Of a stretch of DNA of 64,000 nucleotides, positions 60,429 through 64,000 are shown piece after piece. Both the position numbers and the translations under genes were made by a program. The notes beneath the pieces are model-generated. The model had not been told where the DNA came from and searched no databases. It saw only the letters and a program-made list of their open reading frames with translations. This stretch comes from Amoebidium appalachense (lineage: Eukaryota; Protista; Ichthyosporea): assembly GCA_963693365.1 (NCBI GenBank), contig CAVNZM010000004.1, positions 6,388,564 to 6,452,563 on the forward strand. Direction: 5' to 3'. Numbering within the stretch: position 1 is the stretch's first letter; each line of letters starts with the position of its first letter.

Positions 60429-63187
60429 TGTGTGTGTGTGCGCTATAATTTTGTAGTGATGTGTTTCTCAAGCCAATCAATACATCTAATAAACAGGTCG
60501 TAGTTACGCGTGTTTAGTATAAAATCAAGGATGTTGTAATTTACAGGTAGGCTATCTTTCTGAGTGTCTGTTGTGAATGTGACGTGTGTGTGTTGCGGTA
60601 TTATGTGGTCTATCAAACTACATTTGGCGATACATGACCGGTTAAACTGGTGTGTGTGTGTGTTGTTTGGGCATGCAAATGATGCCACCTTATACTTATT
60701 AGATCTCCACTGTATAGCACGTGTACAGTAAAAGCGTGGTAATTGATCAATAATACCATCAGCTAGAGAAAGACCAGTTCTACAGGAAGGTAATATGTAT
60801 TTAGGTGTTATACACTTGCGAGTGCCATATTTGGCAATATGGTTGAGGCGGTCAGTATATATAAAACGAGACATAAGGCTTAGTTTTTCAAGGTGTATGC
60901 TTTCATCGGGTCTAGTGTCGTGTGGTATCTTTTTCCATTTGTTATATTGCGTGATTATCTTGTGATTGTGTACATGTTTAATAAGTAAGTGGCAGTCCAA
61001 AGTCACACACACACTATTGCGGGGTTTATTTGTATTTGTGCCCAGGGGAGAAGGGGAGAGAGAGGGGAGGAAAGAGGGGGGAGGTGAGGAGGGGACAGGT
61101 CGGATAGAGAAGAGAGGGTGGGAGGGCAAATACTTCTTTAAGCGGCTTATGTGCTTATTGAATTTCAGCGCGAGATAGGATACTCTAGCAGCTATTGGGA
61201 CCAGACCATATATCGAGAGCGTTACAGGCCCAGGTTTACAACAGTTGTTAGATAGAAAGGAGGCAACTTCTGCTTCAAGGAAATTTGCCAAGGGTTTAAG
61301 CGCTCTAGTTCTCTCTTTCTTGATCCAAGCGGCGAGAAGGGGTAAACCATATTCACATGCCGGGAAGACAAAAGTGCGAATAAATGTAAGTCTAATAGAA
61401 GGATGGAGGGGTGTGTCTTTAAAAATATTAGCCGAGAAGAAAGCTAACCGCTTACGAGCCAACTCTACCCTCTTTTCGACCATATGGGGAAACATAACAC
61501 CAACAGAATCAACCGGAACACCAAGATATTTGTATTCTGGAACTATAGGTACAGGTTTAGATGATAATGTAAATGTGTGTAAACTGTTAGCTATATCAGG
61601 TACAAGAACACCACATTTGTCTATGTTAAGGATCATAAGGTTTGCCTTGCACCACTCTGACACTACATCGAACAATCTTTGCAGGCGTCTAGGGGTACGG
61701 GCAAGGAGGGACAGATCATCAGCATAGAGAAGTGCAGGCGGAAAGTTATTAATAGGGTCATCGTTTTCGGCGTAAATCTTGACAGCCAAATCATCTATAA
61801 ATAGGTTAAACAAAAAGGGGCTAAGCAATGAACCCTGCAAGAGACCTCTAGTACGAGCAAAACCATATGAAAGATGCCCATTAACCACAGCTCTACCATA
61901 GGTTTGAGACAAGAGTGCTTCTAACAGAACACCAATGCAGTGTGGTACACCCCGTGCAGCAAGCTTTTCCCATAGGAGACCAGGGGAGACAGAATCGTAA
62001 GCAGTTTTCCAATCAATAAAGCCAACATATTGTGCACCAACTTGCATAGAATCGTGCAGTGCCATTATTTGAACATAACATGAATTGTTTTTACGAAAAG
62101 CGGATTGGCATGGGTGTATGTGAAGAATAGATTGAAACCTAGGGTGGTGTGCAAATAACCTAAGTAAGCAAGCTTCAAAGAATCTACGAACAACCTGGGT
62201 TAGTGTAATGGGGCGAAAGGATGATATGGGGCCCTCAGAGTCCTTCTTAACTATGGGGATCACTAAGGTATCTAACCAAGATGACGGGACATGTCCACAT
62301 TTAACACACCAAGAAAAGAGAGAGCTTAACATGATAGTAAGATCAGGTTTAATAGCACGATCACTTTCCTTTTGTGGGTAGGAGGGAACAAGGATTTTAA
62401 GAAACCCAGCAGGGAGTCCATCAGGTCCACAAGACTTACTAGAGCTATAACTAGATATCACAGACCATATGGCATCGGGGCTGAAAAAGGGGAGGATCGA
62501 TTCTATGGGGATAGATGGGTCTACAGGCCACACAATAGGTTTCTGAGCGGGGGTCCTATCTTTAAACAGTTCCGAGAAATACTTATCAGAGTCTATGAGG
62601 GGGTCTCCAGTGGTATCACCAATAATACGAGCAGGGGGGCCAAATCGATTCATACTAGCAAGCCGGCGCAAGCTTTCCTTTTGAGACAGGGGTTCACCTA
62701 GTCTAGCGGGAGTGGTGTTTGGTAACAAGAGAGCATCGGGATATTCCTTCCTACCACCGCCAGCATAATCACCGAGATCTATCAAATCATCAACAATAAA
62801 GTTAGTGCATGTATCTAGTACGAGATGTGAATCTGGCCTGGCTTGTGCAGATTCTAATAGGCGCATATATATAGGGTGTTTCGTAGCATAGCATACACAT
62901 ACATCAACTCTACCCCACTGTGACTTAAGCTGGGATAGACGGAGGCGAAAGGTGGGAGGAGGAGGGGGGGAGCAGATCAAGGGAGATCTTAGGTAGGAAA
63001 AGGATAGGAGAGTGGTCAGATGACCTAGAGAGGTTAGGAGGGAGAGAGAGTTTTGACATGGTTGATGGCCAAAAGGCCACTCCCCAGTCGGTGTTGTGGG
63101 CATGGGATATTTGAGGGAACCGCAAAGTGTGACTTTGGACATACCTTGCTAAAGGGATAGCACGCAAGGTATGTCCAAAGTCACACT
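60018..63187 (-). mobile_element. 5'-truncated non-LTR retrotransposon (APE-RT type)
   Basis: 3' end defined by the shared boundary with the copy at 13767. The 5' end falls inside the endonuclease and is capped by a 24-bp inverted duplication. No TSD seen. Confidence 0.88.
60443..63163 (-). CDS. LINE ORF2: C-terminal part of APE endonuclease, reverse transcriptase, Cys/His-rich C-terminus
   Basis: KSCGPDGLP, FRPITL, QSAFR, FIDWKTAYDSV, GLLQGSLLSPFLFNLFIDDL, LYADD, YKYLGV. The APE terminal motif SDHSPI is in the adjacent frame (ORF 62925-63167), joined across a G/C homopolymer near 62965. Confidence 0.9.
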
Positions 63188-64000
63188 CTTACTAATTATA
63201 GTTGTGGGCCAATCTCTCAAACACTATCTGGTGTTTGATTGGCTAATGACGCACCGGCGCAAGTCTGGGGGGAACAACTGTTTCTTGTACTTTACCTATT
63301 TTTTTTTGTGTGTCCTGTACCTCGGTTCGGACAGGCAGGAAAAGCCTGACTAATAACAAGATCCTTGGGTGCACAACAGGTAAGGCTTGCTGACCGCATC
63401 ATGTGCCCCGGGTCTGCCTACACGTGCTGTAAACAGTGACACCTTTCTTCCGACCACGTCGGTTGAAGCCATGGAAAGCATATGAGATCCCGGGTACAAC
63501 CATGGTTGCACACCTAGAGATCACGTAATGTTTGCTGAAGGCGTGTGTGCGGCCTGCCTACACCTGTTGTGAGCAGGAACACATTTCTTCAGACCGGAAA
63601 CGGCCCTGGCCGTCTTAATCCATGTGCATCAGTGCGTCTTCATTTCCCAATTTAATATAAGACGCCTTGTGCCTCGCACCCATGAAAGTCTACGTGTACC
63701 GGTGCGCCATTTCGTAGACCCCGCAATGGCATTGCAGTACGCCACACAACTTTACGTCGGTTTAGTGTGTACCCTCTAGAGATCTGTGCCCTTGCATCGT
63801 ATCAACTGTATTGTGTCAGACTTTAGATCTGCACATTGTGCATGTGATCGGTCACCGCGCCAGGCCATTGTTAGGTGTGTGCACATCTGTGCATCAGGTG
63901 CTCATCTGCAGTCAACTGGTGTCCCAGTGTATGCTTACGTGCATACATGGATATGGAATTTCGCGTGTGTACAGTCAACTGTGTTATAGGCTGTGTGATG

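Noticed and set aside
60443-63142. Endonuclease-less (Penelope/Athena- or telomerase-like) RT, suggested by the TAAACCCC end
   Set aside because: RT motifs are LINE-type and the APE SDHxPI motif is present in the adjacent frame; there is no telomeric array.
63200-64000. Possible gene at the right edge
   Set aside because: Multiple stops in the frames examined and no recognisable domain or consistent exon chain.

Overview
Eukaryotic genomic DNA, rich in (CA)n/(GT)n, (CT)n and poly-C/poly-G tracts. Most of the supplied ORF track is low-complexity noise. The domain content suggests an opisthokont or unicellular holozoan, but the species cannot be fixed from this window. Three spliced host genes were reconstructed by hand: (1) a 5'-incomplete membrane-anchored P-loop GTPase (+, 707-10368); (2) an RDH12/WWOX-like short-chain dehydrogenase (+, 37113-40200); (3) a coiled-coil + extended Tudor + C1 + RhoGAP protein (-, 59432-42336). 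Between 13 and 36.5 kb lies a nested transposon cluster. It holds a 6.3-kb TGTT...AACA TIR element with no visible transposase, whose spliced cargo gene appears to encode a degenerate beta-class N4C/N6A DNA-methyltransferase fold. It also holds a THAP pseudogene, a LINE 3' fragment, and a decayed PAT/DIRS-type element with split direct repeats, RT-RNase H-MT and no recombinase. A very young chromodomain Ty3/Gypsy element (near-identical LTRs, GGGGC TSD) is inserted in that element's RNase H; its gag UGA is followed by an in-frame extension and a long stem-loop, a candidate readthrough signal. A 5'-truncated APE-RT LINE (60018-63187) has a second short copy at 13767-14258. All family assignments are from motifs recognised by eye; no searches were run.
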